From the NCBI GenBank assembly GCA_031551355.1, contig JAVBNT010000003.1:1520-65519 (forward strand): a stretch of DNA of 64,000 nt, read 5' to 3'. The translations under genes and the position numbers were made by a program. Under the pieces are notes generated by a model. The model was not told the origin of the DNA. It saw only the letters and a list, made by a program, of their open reading frames with translations, and ran no database searches. The DNA comes from Candidatus Xenobia bacterium. GTDB lineage: Bacteria > Vulcanimicrobiota > CADAWZ01. Below are positions 17,646-27,185 of the stretch, in pieces (position 1 is the first letter of the stretch; each line of letters begins with the position of its first letter).

Positions 17646-19376
17646 TCAATTTGTCTTGAATGACGGCAAAATATCTATCGGCACTTCATACAATGTTTCA
17701 AAAGTTTTACTTAAATGTGAAGCAATATGCCCGTATTTATCAACCAGCAGACTTGCCTGGTCATAACTGCCGTTTCTCTGAATATCAAGCAGTGTTTTGG
17801 ACAAAGAAGTATTTGCACTTCTGAACTTTGCAAAATCCACGCTATAAGTTCCCGTTTTGGCATCATAGACAAAAGCGCCTTTATCCATCATCCAGTTAAG
17901 CTGAATAAGAGCCCCCAGTCCATGAGCCTCTTCAACACCAAAACGTATTGAGCGGAAAAGACCGGTCAGGTAGGATACACACATGTTTTCATAATCGTTT
18001 TTATCAATAATACCTTTATCCATAAGGTAGAACTGATTATACATCGCCAGCGTGTCGGCCTTGCACTCCTCTATTGAAGAATAAAGATCGCCGAGGCAAA
18101 TTCTCACATCCTTACGGGAGCCGTCAGCCATCTTTAGCTCGCCGGGCCCGAGTCCATGAGCCAGTTCATGGAAAACAACATCCCGGAAATAAGATTCAAA
18201 TTTCACATATTTAAGCTGCTTTGGCTCGATAACTTTTTGCGCGATCGGATATGTGCTGCCGGCGAATTTTGCCGACATCACGTTTTTAAGCATAACTTTT
18301 TTGCAGCCCTTTTCTTTTCTCACACGTTCATCATTAGGCAGGGCGAATGCTGATGTATGAACTCCGGCCTTGGCATCGCCCGCCGAGTAAATAAGGTTGG
18401 CAATGCGTATCGGTGAAGTGAAGTCACGATCCATATTTTTATCGGCGTCGGGAATAGGCAAGTTCTTTTCAAGTTCAGGCAGATATGAAACATATGAGGA
18501 GAATGCTTTGGCTTCCTGGGGAAGATTCTGATAAATAAAAGCTTCGTAAGCAGCTTTATAGTTCATGAGGTTATCTTCATATACTTCATAAGGGCCGATA
18601 ACCAGTTCAAGAGCGCTGTCTTCAATTGTCATCCAATCGACATCGCTTCTATAATAGTCGTCGCTGAGAAAAGCGTCGGCTCTTGAGAGAAGATAACGGC
18701 GCAGGCTTTCGTTTTCTGCAAATTCAGCGGCTTTTCTCAGTAAAGCGGCAGCTTTTTTCAGTTCCTGAGCATATTCCCTGTTGTAAGGAACGGCAATCAG
18801 TTTACCACCGGATCTCTTGATTACAGTAAATTCACCCATAAAACTTTTTTGTTCTTCCGGATGGTCAGCCACCCATTTTTCAAATTCACTTTTGGTCAGA
18901 TCAGAGGGATAAAAATTAGCTCCGGCCGGACGTTTTTCATGTCCGTAAAACGGATTCATATCATTGATCCTGTCAAACGGGCAGGCATTGAAAACAAAGT
19001 AGCGCAGAGTAAGGGCATCAAGCGGATCTTTAGAGTTTTTAAGTTTTTCAAGAATCTCTTCGTTACGCGAGTATGCCTGCTTCAAAAAAAGTTTATCCAT
19101 TTCCCCGGCAGCTTCCAGCAAATACACAAGCATTTTCTTTTCTTTTTCCGTCAAAACGGACTCATCATATTTGATGTCTACCGGGTGAAGCTTGGACAGT
19201 TGGCCTTTTATGTAGGTAATACGTTCGAGGCGTGTCCAGTATGACGGACCGTAATTAAGCGGCAGTTGGAAGATCTGTGCTTCAATATCCTGTTTGGGCG
19301 GTGCCGCCGCACTGATATTCAGCGGCACGGCAATGAAAAAAAACGAAATCATCAACGCAATAACAAATCTGACCAT
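17646..19376 (-). CDS. Secreted M49 (dipeptidyl-peptidase III)-like zinc peptidase, pentapeptide HEXXH variant
   Basis: HELAHGLGP plus the downstream EECKADTLAMY (second M49 motif EEXK/RAD/E). ATG 19376 follows GGAGG and gives a signal peptide, MVRFVIALMISFFFIAVPLNISAAAP. Confidence 0.65.
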   Translation of the reverse strand: MVRFVIALMISFFFIAVPLNISAAAPPKQDIEAQIFQLPLNYGPSYWTRLERITYIKGQLSKLHPVDIKYDESVLTEKEKKMLVYLLEAAGEMDKLFLKQAYSRNEEILEKLKNSKDPLDALTLRYFVFNACPFDRINDMNPFYGHEKRPAGANFYPSDLTKSEFEKWVADHPEEQKSFMGEFTVIKRSGGKLIAVPYNREYAQELKKAAALLRKAAEFAENESLRRYLLSRADAFLSDDYYRSDVDWMTIEDSALELVIGPYEVYEDNLMNYKAAYEAFIYQNLPQEAKAFSSYVSYLPELEKNLPIPDADKNMDRDFTSPIRIANLIYSAGDAKAGVHTSAFALPNDERVRKEKGCKKVMLKNVMSAKFAGSTYPIAQKVIEPKQLKYVKFESYFRDVVFHELAHGLGPGELKMADGSRKDVRICLGDLYSSIEECKADTLAMYNQFYLMDKGIIDKNDYENMCVSYLTGLFRSIRFGVEEAHGLGALIQLNWMMDKGAFVYDAKTGTYSVDFAKFRSANTSLSKTLLDIQRNGSYDQASLLVDKYGHIASHLSKTFETLYEVPIDILPSFKTN

Positions 19377-19432
19377 ATATCCTCCCTCAACGGTAAAAAA
19401 TAAACAAAACAAGCGTCTTATTAATTAATTAT

Positions 19433-20920
19433 TTACAAGGAGAAGACCTTTTCACCTGCTGCATAGGTTGCTAAAATTTTTATTTCCCTTAAATTTTGCG
19501 ATGAGACTTTATACGGATGATGCGACAGAACAACAAAATCAGCCTTTTTTCTAACAGCAATGGAACCAAACCTGTGTTCATCAAACGAGAAACGGGAAGC
19601 GGAAGAAGTGAACAGGGCTACAGCTTCTTCAACCGTCAATGATGAGGCAGGATTGGAGTGGTTTACGGCAGCATAAATACCTGCAAGCGGGTCCATCGGC
19701 GTAACATCAAAGTCAGAGCCGCCTCCCATTACAATTGAACGCCGATACATCTGCCTGAAAGGATTGGCCATCTTAGCCCGTTCAGAGCCAAGGCGCTTCT
19801 CATACATAGAATTTTTGCCGTTCCACAGCAGATCAAATACCGGCTGAACACCGACATAAAGGCCAAGCTGTGATATTTTATCAATATCCGCCGGTGACGG
19901 AAGCTCACAATGTTCAATTCGGTGGCGGTGATCTCTTTTAGGGTCTTTAAAAAGAACTTTGTCATAAACGGAAACAATCTGCTTTATAGCCCGGTCACCG
20001 ATAGCATGGAAAGCCGTTTGCAATCCGGATCTATGCGCCCGCTCGACAAAAGATAACAGTGCCCGGTCGGAAAAATACAGACTACCGCTGTTTGCGGGAT
20101 TGTCGTTGTATGGTGCCGACAAAGCCGCCGTTCCGGTGCCCAGAGAGCCATCCAAAAGCAAACAGCCGCCGACACGGCTAAGACCGCGCGATTTTATCCA
20201 ACCAAGATTTACTGTCTGAGGATAAATAATTATTTCCGGACCGGCATATGGCGTCCTGATTTTAGCTAGTAAAAAATCCACATCACCCATCCCCCAGCCC
20301 TCTCCGCCCTCCAGTGCATGAACTGCAGTTATGCCTTTGGAAACAGCAAACCGGCAAGCCCCGGCAAAAGCGATCTCACGCTCTCCATCGGTAGTAAAGG
20401 CATTGAGATGTTTACACAGCCATAAATATGCGGCAGCGGAAAAGATCCCCATGCGGACTTTTTCACAGTCAAGCTCTTTGGGTATTTTAAGCAATTTAAG
20501 GGCGGCACTGTTAATGACGGCCGAATGAGAATCAATTCTGAAAGCGGCCACAGGCAAGACTTCCGAAACCGCATCTAAACCCGATTTATCCAGCGGTTGG
20601 GGCCAGGAAGAATCATCATAGCCATAACCCTTCTTCCAAAGCCCCGGAGAATCGAAACTCAAAAAAACATCTATCATCTCGGAACACGAACGGCACGAAA
20701 ACAGTTGTGCCGATGACAGCGACAAAGCCGAATGCAAAAAGTGGGTATGGGTGTCGATAAACCCCGGCAGCAAAGCATGTCCGTTAAGGTCGATAATTGT
20801 ATCAGGGAGCTCCGTTAGCTGTAACTGCGGGCAAATCCTGACAATAATTCCATCCGCAACCAGAATAACAGTATCCGGATTTAAAGACGAAACAAAATTT
20901 TTGAATAGCTTTACAGACAT
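19433..20920 (-). CDS. Amidohydrolase family protein (YtcJ-like metal-dependent hydrolase)
   Basis: PGFIDTHTHFLH (HxH metal site), AFHAIGDRA, HRIEHCE, GGSDF. About 495 aa, typical of the amidohydrolase_3 family. Confidence 0.75.
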   Translation of the reverse strand: MSVKLFKNFVSSLNPDTVILVADGIIVRICPQLQLTELPDTIIDLNGHALLPGFIDTHTHFLHSALSLSSAQLFSCRSCSEMIDVFLSFDSPGLWKKGYGYDDSSWPQPLDKSGLDAVSEVLPVAAFRIDSHSAVINSAALKLLKIPKELDCEKVRMGIFSAAAYLWLCKHLNAFTTDGEREIAFAGACRFAVSKGITAVHALEGGEGWGMGDVDFLLAKIRTPYAGPEIIIYPQTVNLGWIKSRGLSRVGGCLLLDGSLGTGTAALSAPYNDNPANSGSLYFSDRALLSFVERAHRSGLQTAFHAIGDRAIKQIVSVYDKVLFKDPKRDHRHRIEHCELPSPADIDKISQLGLYVGVQPVFDLLWNGKNSMYEKRLGSERAKMANPFRQMYRRSIVMGGGSDFDVTPMDPLAGIYAAVNHSNPASSLTVEEAVALFTSSASRFSFDEHRFGSIAVRKKADFVVLSHHPYKVSSQNLREIKILATYAAGEKVFSL

Positions 20921-21109
20921 GAAATTAAGCTCTCCCCACAGTGTAAGACTTCACCGGGTTTATCATAAATAATAATTAGCAGCCTCTAAAAACTCTCTGT
21001 CATCCTCGCGAATGCGGGAAGCCACTATTTTATAATAATCGCCGTATTAAAAATAATAATTGCGTAAAGCGGTTATTTAACTGGAATTCCAAAAAGAGGA
21101 TATTAATAA

Positions 21110-21248
21110 TTCAATGCCATTAAGTTAAGAGAAACCATCTTTTAGGCTATACGTAAGCAATTAGCTTTACCGTCATTGCGAGCCTGTAAGGCGTGGCAAT
21201 CCAGACATTTATTTTTCTGGATTGCTTCGTCGGTTGCCTCCTCGCAAT
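21110..21248. repeat. Truncated copy of the family C element containing the family D hairpin (GTCATTGCGAG...CTCGCAAT)
   Basis: 21110-21248 is nearly identical to 34475-34612 (tcaatg.cattaagttaagagaaaccatcttttaggctatacgtaagcaattagctttaccgtcattgcgagcctgtaaggcgtggcaatccag...). The right terminal repeat is absent here. Confidence 0.7.
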
Positions 21249-21623
21249 CGCTCATGCGGTGACGCCGCACCACAAAATGAAAACATGCGTTTCAAACAGC
21301 AATCGCACAAAGTCCATTAAAGAAACTTAAAAACGTGTGTTATGTCATTGTTATGTTTTCATAACAATGACAAGGATGGTAAAAATATAGTCGCCACTTC
21401 TAGAATTTATTGTAAAATTTTAGAAAAAAACCTGCTGTTTTACTTAAAACAGATAAATATTGGATTATGGCAGCGGCTGTAAAAAACAAAGTTAGTCAAT
21501 TAAGCGGCAAAAAAGCTTTTAACAAACAAATTAACGGCAGTTTTTAAATAAACCTGAACTAAAATATTAAGAAAAACCAAAAGGTAAAGTATAGAAAAAA
21601 ATAGAATAGAAAGATAATATTTT

Positions 21624-22025
21624 ATGGAGTTTTCAAAAAAACAGATTTCAAAAATTAAAGGTGGTTACCATATTATGATTATTCCTACAACAGAAAATCT
21701 TTTTGAACATAAATGCCTTTTTAAAGACATGAAACTATCCGGATTCAATCCCGAAAGCCTTAGTTATTACTGTGGCGTCTGCGGAGGAAAAATCTCGCTT
21801 AAAAAGACCCAAAAAGCCGATGAATACATCAAAGCTAAGGCATCGCTAAAACTTTCAAGGCAACTGTATCTTCTGTGCGTAGAGGATGAAAAGGCAGCAG
21901 CGGAAAAGATTCAGAAAGCGGCAAAAAGCGCGGCCGAACCGGTAAAAAAAGCTGAAAAAACCGCGGCAAAAAAAGCAAAAAGCACTGCCGGAGCCACAAA
22001 AAGCAAATCGAAAAAGAAAAAATAA
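21624..22025 (+). CDS. Small protein: Cys-containing N-terminal half (HKC...CGVCGG) + Lys/Ala-rich histone H1-like tail
   Basis: The C-terminal 50 aa are AAEKIQKAAKSAAEPVKKAEKTAAKKAKSTAGATKSKSKKKK. The start is uncertain: ATG 21675 follows AAAGGTGG. Followed by a strong terminator. Confidence 0.55.
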   Translation: MEFSKKQISKIKGGYHIMIIPTTENLFEHKCLFKDMKLSGFNPESLSYYCGVCGGKISLKKTQKADEYIKAKASLKLSRQLYLLCVEDEKAAAEKIQKAAKSAAEPVKKAEKTAAKKAKSTAGATKSKSKKKK

Positions 22026-22061
22026 CCGTTTTTGTTAATAAATCAGAGGTTCCTTAAACAT

Positions 22062-22129
22062 AAAAAGTTCTGAAACGCCAAAACTTCAAATGGATAAATA
22101 TCCGGAAGTTATGGATTTCAGAACTTTTT
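22062..22129 (+). terminator. Long hairpin terminator
   Basis: AAAAAGTTCTGAAA...TTTCAGAACTTTTTATT with inner pairing AACTTC/GGAAGTT and a T-run at the 3' end. Confidence 0.65.
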
Positions 22130-22153
22130 ATTATTGTCGTTATTACGTAACTG

Positions 22154-22499
22154 GAGCAACTTGCAATCAAACTGCCACAAGCTTTAATATCTGCCGGTAA
22201 GACAAATATTGTAAATAAAATACTGGATCGCCGCGCTGCACTCGCGATGACGGCTACGCCGTCTTCTCAAAGACATTTAGCTAAACTTAGTGACATATAG
22301 AATGCAAATCGCTCTGCGCAAACTGTTTTACTGTAATCTGAACACATATATGTTTTAACGTATAATTTTTGCATGAATCCTAAAAAGTATTTCGAATTTA
22401 ACATTTACAATATGAGCGGGAAGGAATTAGCCCCACATGTTTATATGCTGTCCTTATCAGCGTATGCAAAATCTATGACTGTTTGATTGCAAATTGCTC
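22154..22499. mobile_element. MITE-like composite element bounded by GAGCAACTTGCAATCAAAC / GTTTGATTGCAAATTGCTC
   Basis: The 19-bp terminal inverted repeats have 1 mismatch. The interior holds a family D-like fragment (ctggatcgccgcgctgcactcgcgatgac) and a segment homologous to the flanks of the family E copies. The right end abuts the TAG stop of the M28 gene. Confidence 0.6.
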
Positions 22500-23398
22500 T
22501 AGTTTGAATTTTCTTCCTCCAGAAAATCAAGCATTTTCATAACAATATCGCCAACCTTGCCAAGACTTTCAGGAGAAATCATCTCTATAGTATCATCCTG
22601 CGTATGCCAGCTGTCATATGAAAAATCAATAATGTCAATCGCCGGAATACCCGCCTTTAAAAACGGAGTATGATCGTCTTCTATCGAAATACTCCTGCCG
22701 GAAAGAACTTTTACATGTCCGGCCGACTCAGCCGACTTTACCAATAATTTGGACAATTCAAGTGTAGAAGAAGAATCAATATCTATCCCCAGATCTTTAT
22801 CACCGATCATATCAAGCAAAATCATTGCTCTCACAGAAGGAACAGCTCCGGTTCTTTTCAAAGTATCAACATAATGCCTGCTGCCATAAAGACTATCCGT
22901 GTCAGTCCATTGATCGCCAAAAGATTCTTCTCCGTCAAAAAAGACCAAATCAACATCGAAACTATACTTTTTATCTCTGATTCCCGCTGCCATAGCCATC
23001 AACAGGGCCGTTCCCGAGGCATTATCATTTGCGCCCACAAAATGGAGGTCATCAAAATATTTTGATTCGTAGTGTGCAGCCAGAATGACTGTTTTCCCTC
23101 CATGTGTGCCGGGAATTTTAACAATAAGATTCTTCATTTCAACAGCTCCGATAGGAGTTGAAGCCGAAAAAACATCCTGCTTCAGTTCAAGCCCCTCTCC
23201 GGCAAAGTAACTCTTCATATATTCACGCAGCTTTTCGAGCGCTTCGGAACCGGACGGCCTGGGACCTAAAGCAAGTATATTACCGGTAATCTCAAAAGCC
23301 TCCTCCTGAAGTGAAACCGCAGGCAAAGAAGGTGCCGAATATACCAAAAAAAATATTACCAGCGCAATAAGAGACAGCTTCAGTACATTATTACTCAA
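22499..23398 (-). CDS. M28 family zinc peptidase (aminopeptidase / glutaminyl-cyclase-like), secreted
   Basis: Signal peptide. HYESKYFDDLHFVGANDNASGTALLMAMA, FFDGEE, and HTQDD near the C-terminus. Confidence 0.75.
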   Translation of the reverse strand: MSNNVLKLSLIALVIFFLVYSAPSLPAVSLQEEAFEITGNILALGPRPSGSEALEKLREYMKSYFAGEGLELKQDVFSASTPIGAVEMKNLIVKIPGTHGGKTVILAAHYESKYFDDLHFVGANDNASGTALLMAMAAGIRDKKYSFDVDLVFFDGEESFGDQWTDTDSLYGSRHYVDTLKRTGAVPSVRAMILLDMIGDKDLGIDIDSSSTLELSKLLVKSAESAGHVKVLSGRSISIEDDHTPFLKAGIPAIDIIDFSYDSWHTQDDTIEMISPESLGKVGDIVMKMLDFLEEENSN

Positions 23399-24840
23399 TT
23401 CATCAACTCCCGTTCCCGGAACTGCAGCGTATAAATATACAGTGACTCCCTGAATTTAGCATAATCCCTGTCACCAATTTTTTCCCTGCCGATAAATTTT
23501 GTAAAATCAATTATCGATATTTTAGAGCCGTCAGGTGACCAAACCGGTTTTGAAACAGATCTGAAAGGCTGGCGCTCCAATATACTATAGGAGGTCTTGG
23601 CGGAAAGCTCAAAAACCTTATACTGACCCGATGAATCCACCGTATCACTGCTGCGGTAAGCTATTGCCTTTGAAGAAGGAGACCAGTAAATTTCATTAGG
23701 TGTTATACTGTCACCGACAAAAGAAATACTTACCCCGGAAACATTGCTTATCAGACAATTCATTACCTCAGGCTTTTGTTTTGTTGCATACTGCCACAAA
23801 ATGGTATTGCCGTCAGGAGACCAAAACGGAGATGTATAGCTCCAGTCCTGTTTCGGAGAAAATTGTGTAATCACTTCCCCGGAAGAAGACAATACCGCCA
23901 TAAAACTTCTTCCCGCTTTAGTACGCATTGTCAGTGCTATTTTCTTGCCATCCGGAGAAAATACGGCGTCCCTGTTGCCGGTGTATTCCTTCAATACAGT
24001 GGCAACAACTCTGGGAGCGCTGTTCCACTCCAGAACAATAATATCAAAACCGCCGGATGCTTTTTCACAAACCATTCTATCTAAATCAGGAGAAATATTA
24101 CGAATAGTTTTATAGTGCGAAGTCTGTTCTACAATAAATGACGAAGACGGCAGATTCCTGGCTCCGGTCCCGTTTGTACGCATTATCACCGCCTTGTCGG
24201 GTGCATCACTGCGAAACAGAATAGCCCTGGAGCCTGTACGGGAAATAAAAAAATCAGACGCAGAATCAGAAAGTTTCGTCACCTGATTAGATTTGGCGGA
24301 ATAAACCTTCTTTCCACATGAAAATAAACAATTACCGCCGATTTCGGACCATACTGCGGAATCAATGTCGTATTTCGAGGCAAATACGTCATATTTTCTG
24401 CGCTTACCCGAGTAAGAAACCACATCTCCACCAGAACTGCAATAAAGCATAAATTCACCGGATTCGGAAGGGAATAAAACGCAGTCCTTACCTCTAAAAG
24501 TGGGTTTACTGATTTTTTTGCCGGAAGTAGATACTATGACTTTGCCGTCAACAGCGAGAGAAGCATTATTATACCAAAACAAATAAGGCAATGAAGGAGA
24601 ATCCAAATATAAAAATAAAAAAGGAACATTTGCAGGTTCAAATTTTATTTTTTCCGCCGCAGAAGCAAAAGACGAAAAAGCAATAAAAAAAACAGATGCC
24701 AAAATAAAAATTTTCGAATATTTAATGTCCTGCAAGTTGCATCCTCCTATCCAAGCCGCACCGCCATAGACATCCTTTAGAATCTTTCGTGACCGCCACA
24801 GAAAATAAAATGAGTGAAATAAAGTAAACTTAAATTTCAC
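23395..24840 (-). CDS. TolB-like beta-propeller protein (PD40/WD40-like repeats)
   Basis: Repeated FSPDGKKIA, WSPDGNTILW, WSPSSKAIAY and WSPDGSKISI motifs. ATGA-type overlap with the M28 gene. The true start is uncertain. Confidence 0.65.
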   Translation of the reverse strand: MKFKFTLFHSFYFLWRSRKILKDVYGGAAWIGGCNLQDIKYSKIFILASVFFIAFSSFASAAEKIKFEPANVPFLFLYLDSPSLPYLFWYNNASLAVDGKVIVSTSGKKISKPTFRGKDCVLFPSESGEFMLYCSSGGDVVSYSGKRRKYDVFASKYDIDSAVWSEIGGNCLFSCGKKVYSAKSNQVTKLSDSASDFFISRTGSRAILFRSDAPDKAVIMRTNGTGARNLPSSSFIVEQTSHYKTIRNISPDLDRMVCEKASGGFDIIVLEWNSAPRVVATVLKEYTGNRDAVFSPDGKKIALTMRTKAGRSFMAVLSSSGEVITQFSPKQDWSYTSPFWSPDGNTILWQYATKQKPEVMNCLISNVSGVSISFVGDSITPNEIYWSPSSKAIAYRSSDTVDSSGQYKVFELSAKTSYSILERQPFRSVSKPVWSPDGSKISIIDFTKFIGREKIGDRDYAKFRESLYIYTLQFRERELMN

Positions 24841-24862
24841 TCATAAAGAAATATTATTGCGA

Positions 24863-25798
24863 CTAAAGACGTGCAAAGGTAAGCTCTGTTTTACTGATAC
24901 GTATAACATCGCCACTCTTAAGGTTAGATTGTTTTACCTGCTCGGAATTCACATAAATTCCCACAGTCGAACTCATATCATGAATCGTAAATATATTGCC
25001 GTCAGCCATTGAAATTACTGCATGACGATTTGAAATTTCCTTATCTTCCTCATCCTCCAGCACCAGATCACACTCAGGATCCCGGCCAATTGACATCTGA
25101 AGCTGAGATTCATAAAAACTATACTTATAACCGGCATTAACGCCTTTACGTACAGTAATAGTAGCGATAACCCTTCCTGAAGGCCTTGCCTTTTTACGCG
25201 GCTCCACCTGAACAGACGAACTGTGAGAAGACGTTTTAGCGGGCATTGCCGGAGCCATACTCTCCATTTCAAGCATCATTCCCGAATTTGCACTGCAGGT
25301 TTCACAATAATGCATCCCCGGAAGAACTTTTTTGCCGCACTGTCTGCAGGCAGATTTGGTTTTTCCTCCCGACAAAACTTTGGAAATCAAAACCAGAACA
25401 ATAATAAAGACTACAAGACCAATTCCTATATAAAGTCCATATTCCTTAAGTATAGGCATAATGGTATCCATAACACCTTGTGATGCAGGAGGTTCCTCTG
25501 TTGCTGTGCTACGTGGTTTATCTTCCTGATCGGCACTAAAGAAATCTTCTTTTGCAGTTGATTTTGCCTTCGTCCCGTCTTTTTGTTTCTTATCATCCGT
25601 GCCTTTCGAAGCAACGGAGCCAACGGGTTTTGCCTCCTTTTTAGAGTCCTTTTTGGTATCTTTCGAAGTTGCGGCTACCAGAGGTTTGCCGTGACTCTCA
25701 GGTTTACTCTGTTGGGCAAAGCAATTAGAAGATAAAAAGACAGAAAGAATTACTAATACCAAAAAAAACTTAAAGGGTTGCTCCGCAACTCTGCGCAT
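24863..25798 (-). CDS. Membrane-anchored FHA-domain protein with zinc ribbon
   Basis: Signal/anchor, Lys-rich spacer, TM helix (YIGIGLVVFIIVLVLI), CRQCGKKVLPGMHYCETCS, and a C-terminal FHA domain (SIGRDPECDLVL...ISNRHAVI...IHDMSSTVGIYVN). Confidence 0.75.
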   Translation of the reverse strand: MRRVAEQPFKFFLVLVILSVFLSSNCFAQQSKPESHGKPLVAATSKDTKKDSKKEAKPVGSVASKGTDDKKQKDGTKAKSTAKEDFFSADQEDKPRSTATEEPPASQGVMDTIMPILKEYGLYIGIGLVVFIIVLVLISKVLSGGKTKSACRQCGKKVLPGMHYCETCSANSGMMLEMESMAPAMPAKTSSHSSSVQVEPRKKARPSGRVIATITVRKGVNAGYKYSFYESQLQMSIGRDPECDLVLEDEEDKEISNRHAVISMADGNIFTIHDMSSTVGIYVNSEQVKQSNLKSGDVIRISKTELTFARL

Positions 25799-26057
25799 AA
25801 TGAAAACCTCCGAAAAGTTTATACAAACTAATTTTTCACTTACCTTAAATAAAATTTAACAAAAATCCATAAAAATCCTTTAAACAGTATTGAAATTAAG
25901 ATAATTATTAACTTAGATTTATAATTGTAGCATATTCCGAATCAAAAATCAAAGGAATAAATTCAACGGCGAAAGAAAATTTTACCGGCAATCATCAGAT
26001 ATTCATTTTTATTTACGGCAAAAGCTTTTGAAAAGAACACAGGGGGCATTCGCATTG

Positions 26058-27104
26058 ATGAACAAAGAAATACTTATCGCGATGAGCGGCGGCGTTGATT
26101 CCGCTGTAGCTGCGTATATGCTGAAAAAACAGGGCTTCGAAGTAACCGGAGTGACGATGAAGCTATGGAATGAAAACAAAGGCGAAAGCTATGCCTGCGG
26201 CAGCCCTGCCGATATCAATGACGCCGCGGTTACAGCAAAAAAATTAAATATAAAACATATGGTTATTGATGTCAGTAAGGATTACGCCGACATTGTTATA
26301 GACTATTTCAGGAATGAATATATATCCGGACGAACGCCTAACCCATGCTGCGTCTGCAACCGGATGATAAAATTCGAGCTGGCGGAAAAAGCAGGGAATT
26401 CGTTCGCTCTGTTTGCAACAGGCCATTACTGTAAAAAAGAATATGATCGGCAAACCGGCAGGTACGGCATAAAAAAGGCCAGTGATTTGAAAAAAGATCA
26501 AAGCTACTTTTTGTCGTTTTTGAGTCAGCAGCAACTGGCAAAAACAATCTTCCCCCTTGGGGAATCAGATAAAAAGCATATAAAACAAATGGCGAAAGAA
26601 CTTGGATTCGAAATTCATGACAAAAAAGAAAGTCAGGACTTTAAAGGCGGACCGGCGATTCTATCTTCAATCGCAGAAAAAAAAGGCAATGTTGTTGATG
26701 CACACGGCAAAAAACTCGGTGAGCACAAGGGAATACACCTATATACTATCGGACAAAGAAAGGGATTGGGAATATCCTCAAAAACACCTCTTTACGTCAT
26801 TGCAATAAATGCTGTAAAAAATGAAATCGTTCTTGGAGAAGATCATCTTCTTTATTCAGAAAAAGCCGCTGTTTCAGGACTTAACCTTATGAGCAAAAAC
26901 TATAAAGCAGGGGACGAATTCAATGCCAGTGTGAAAATAAGGGCAAATCACCCGGGCTCAGAGGCCTTAATCCAAATAATGCCTGAAAATACGGCGAAAA
27001 TAATATTTGCTCAGCCGCAAAAAAGCGTAACTCTCGGGCAGACAGCCGCCTTTTATGAAGAAGACCTTTTATTGGGCGGCGGTATAATTTCTTCAAAGGA
27101 ATAA
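26058..27104 (+). CDS. mnmA: tRNA 2-thiouridine(34) synthase MnmA
   Basis: PP-loop AMSGGVDSAVAAYML, NPCCVCNR, KDQSYFL. About 350 aa. Confidence 0.85.
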   Translation: MNKEILIAMSGGVDSAVAAYMLKKQGFEVTGVTMKLWNENKGESYACGSPADINDAAVTAKKLNIKHMVIDVSKDYADIVIDYFRNEYISGRTPNPCCVCNRMIKFELAEKAGNSFALFATGHYCKKEYDRQTGRYGIKKASDLKKDQSYFLSFLSQQQLAKTIFPLGESDKKHIKQMAKELGFEIHDKKESQDFKGGPAILSSIAEKKGNVVDAHGKKLGEHKGIHLYTIGQRKGLGISSKTPLYVIAINAVKNEIVLGEDHLLYSEKAAVSGLNLMSKNYKAGDEFNASVKIRANHPGSEALIQIMPENTAKIIFAQPQKSVTLGQTAAFYEEDLLLGGGIISSKE

Positions 27105-27185
27105 CTGCAACCGGCAGTCACCGAAAAATAACCACCGCTCAAAAATGTTAAACCGGCAAAAAAGCCGCAGATACACAATAATAAC

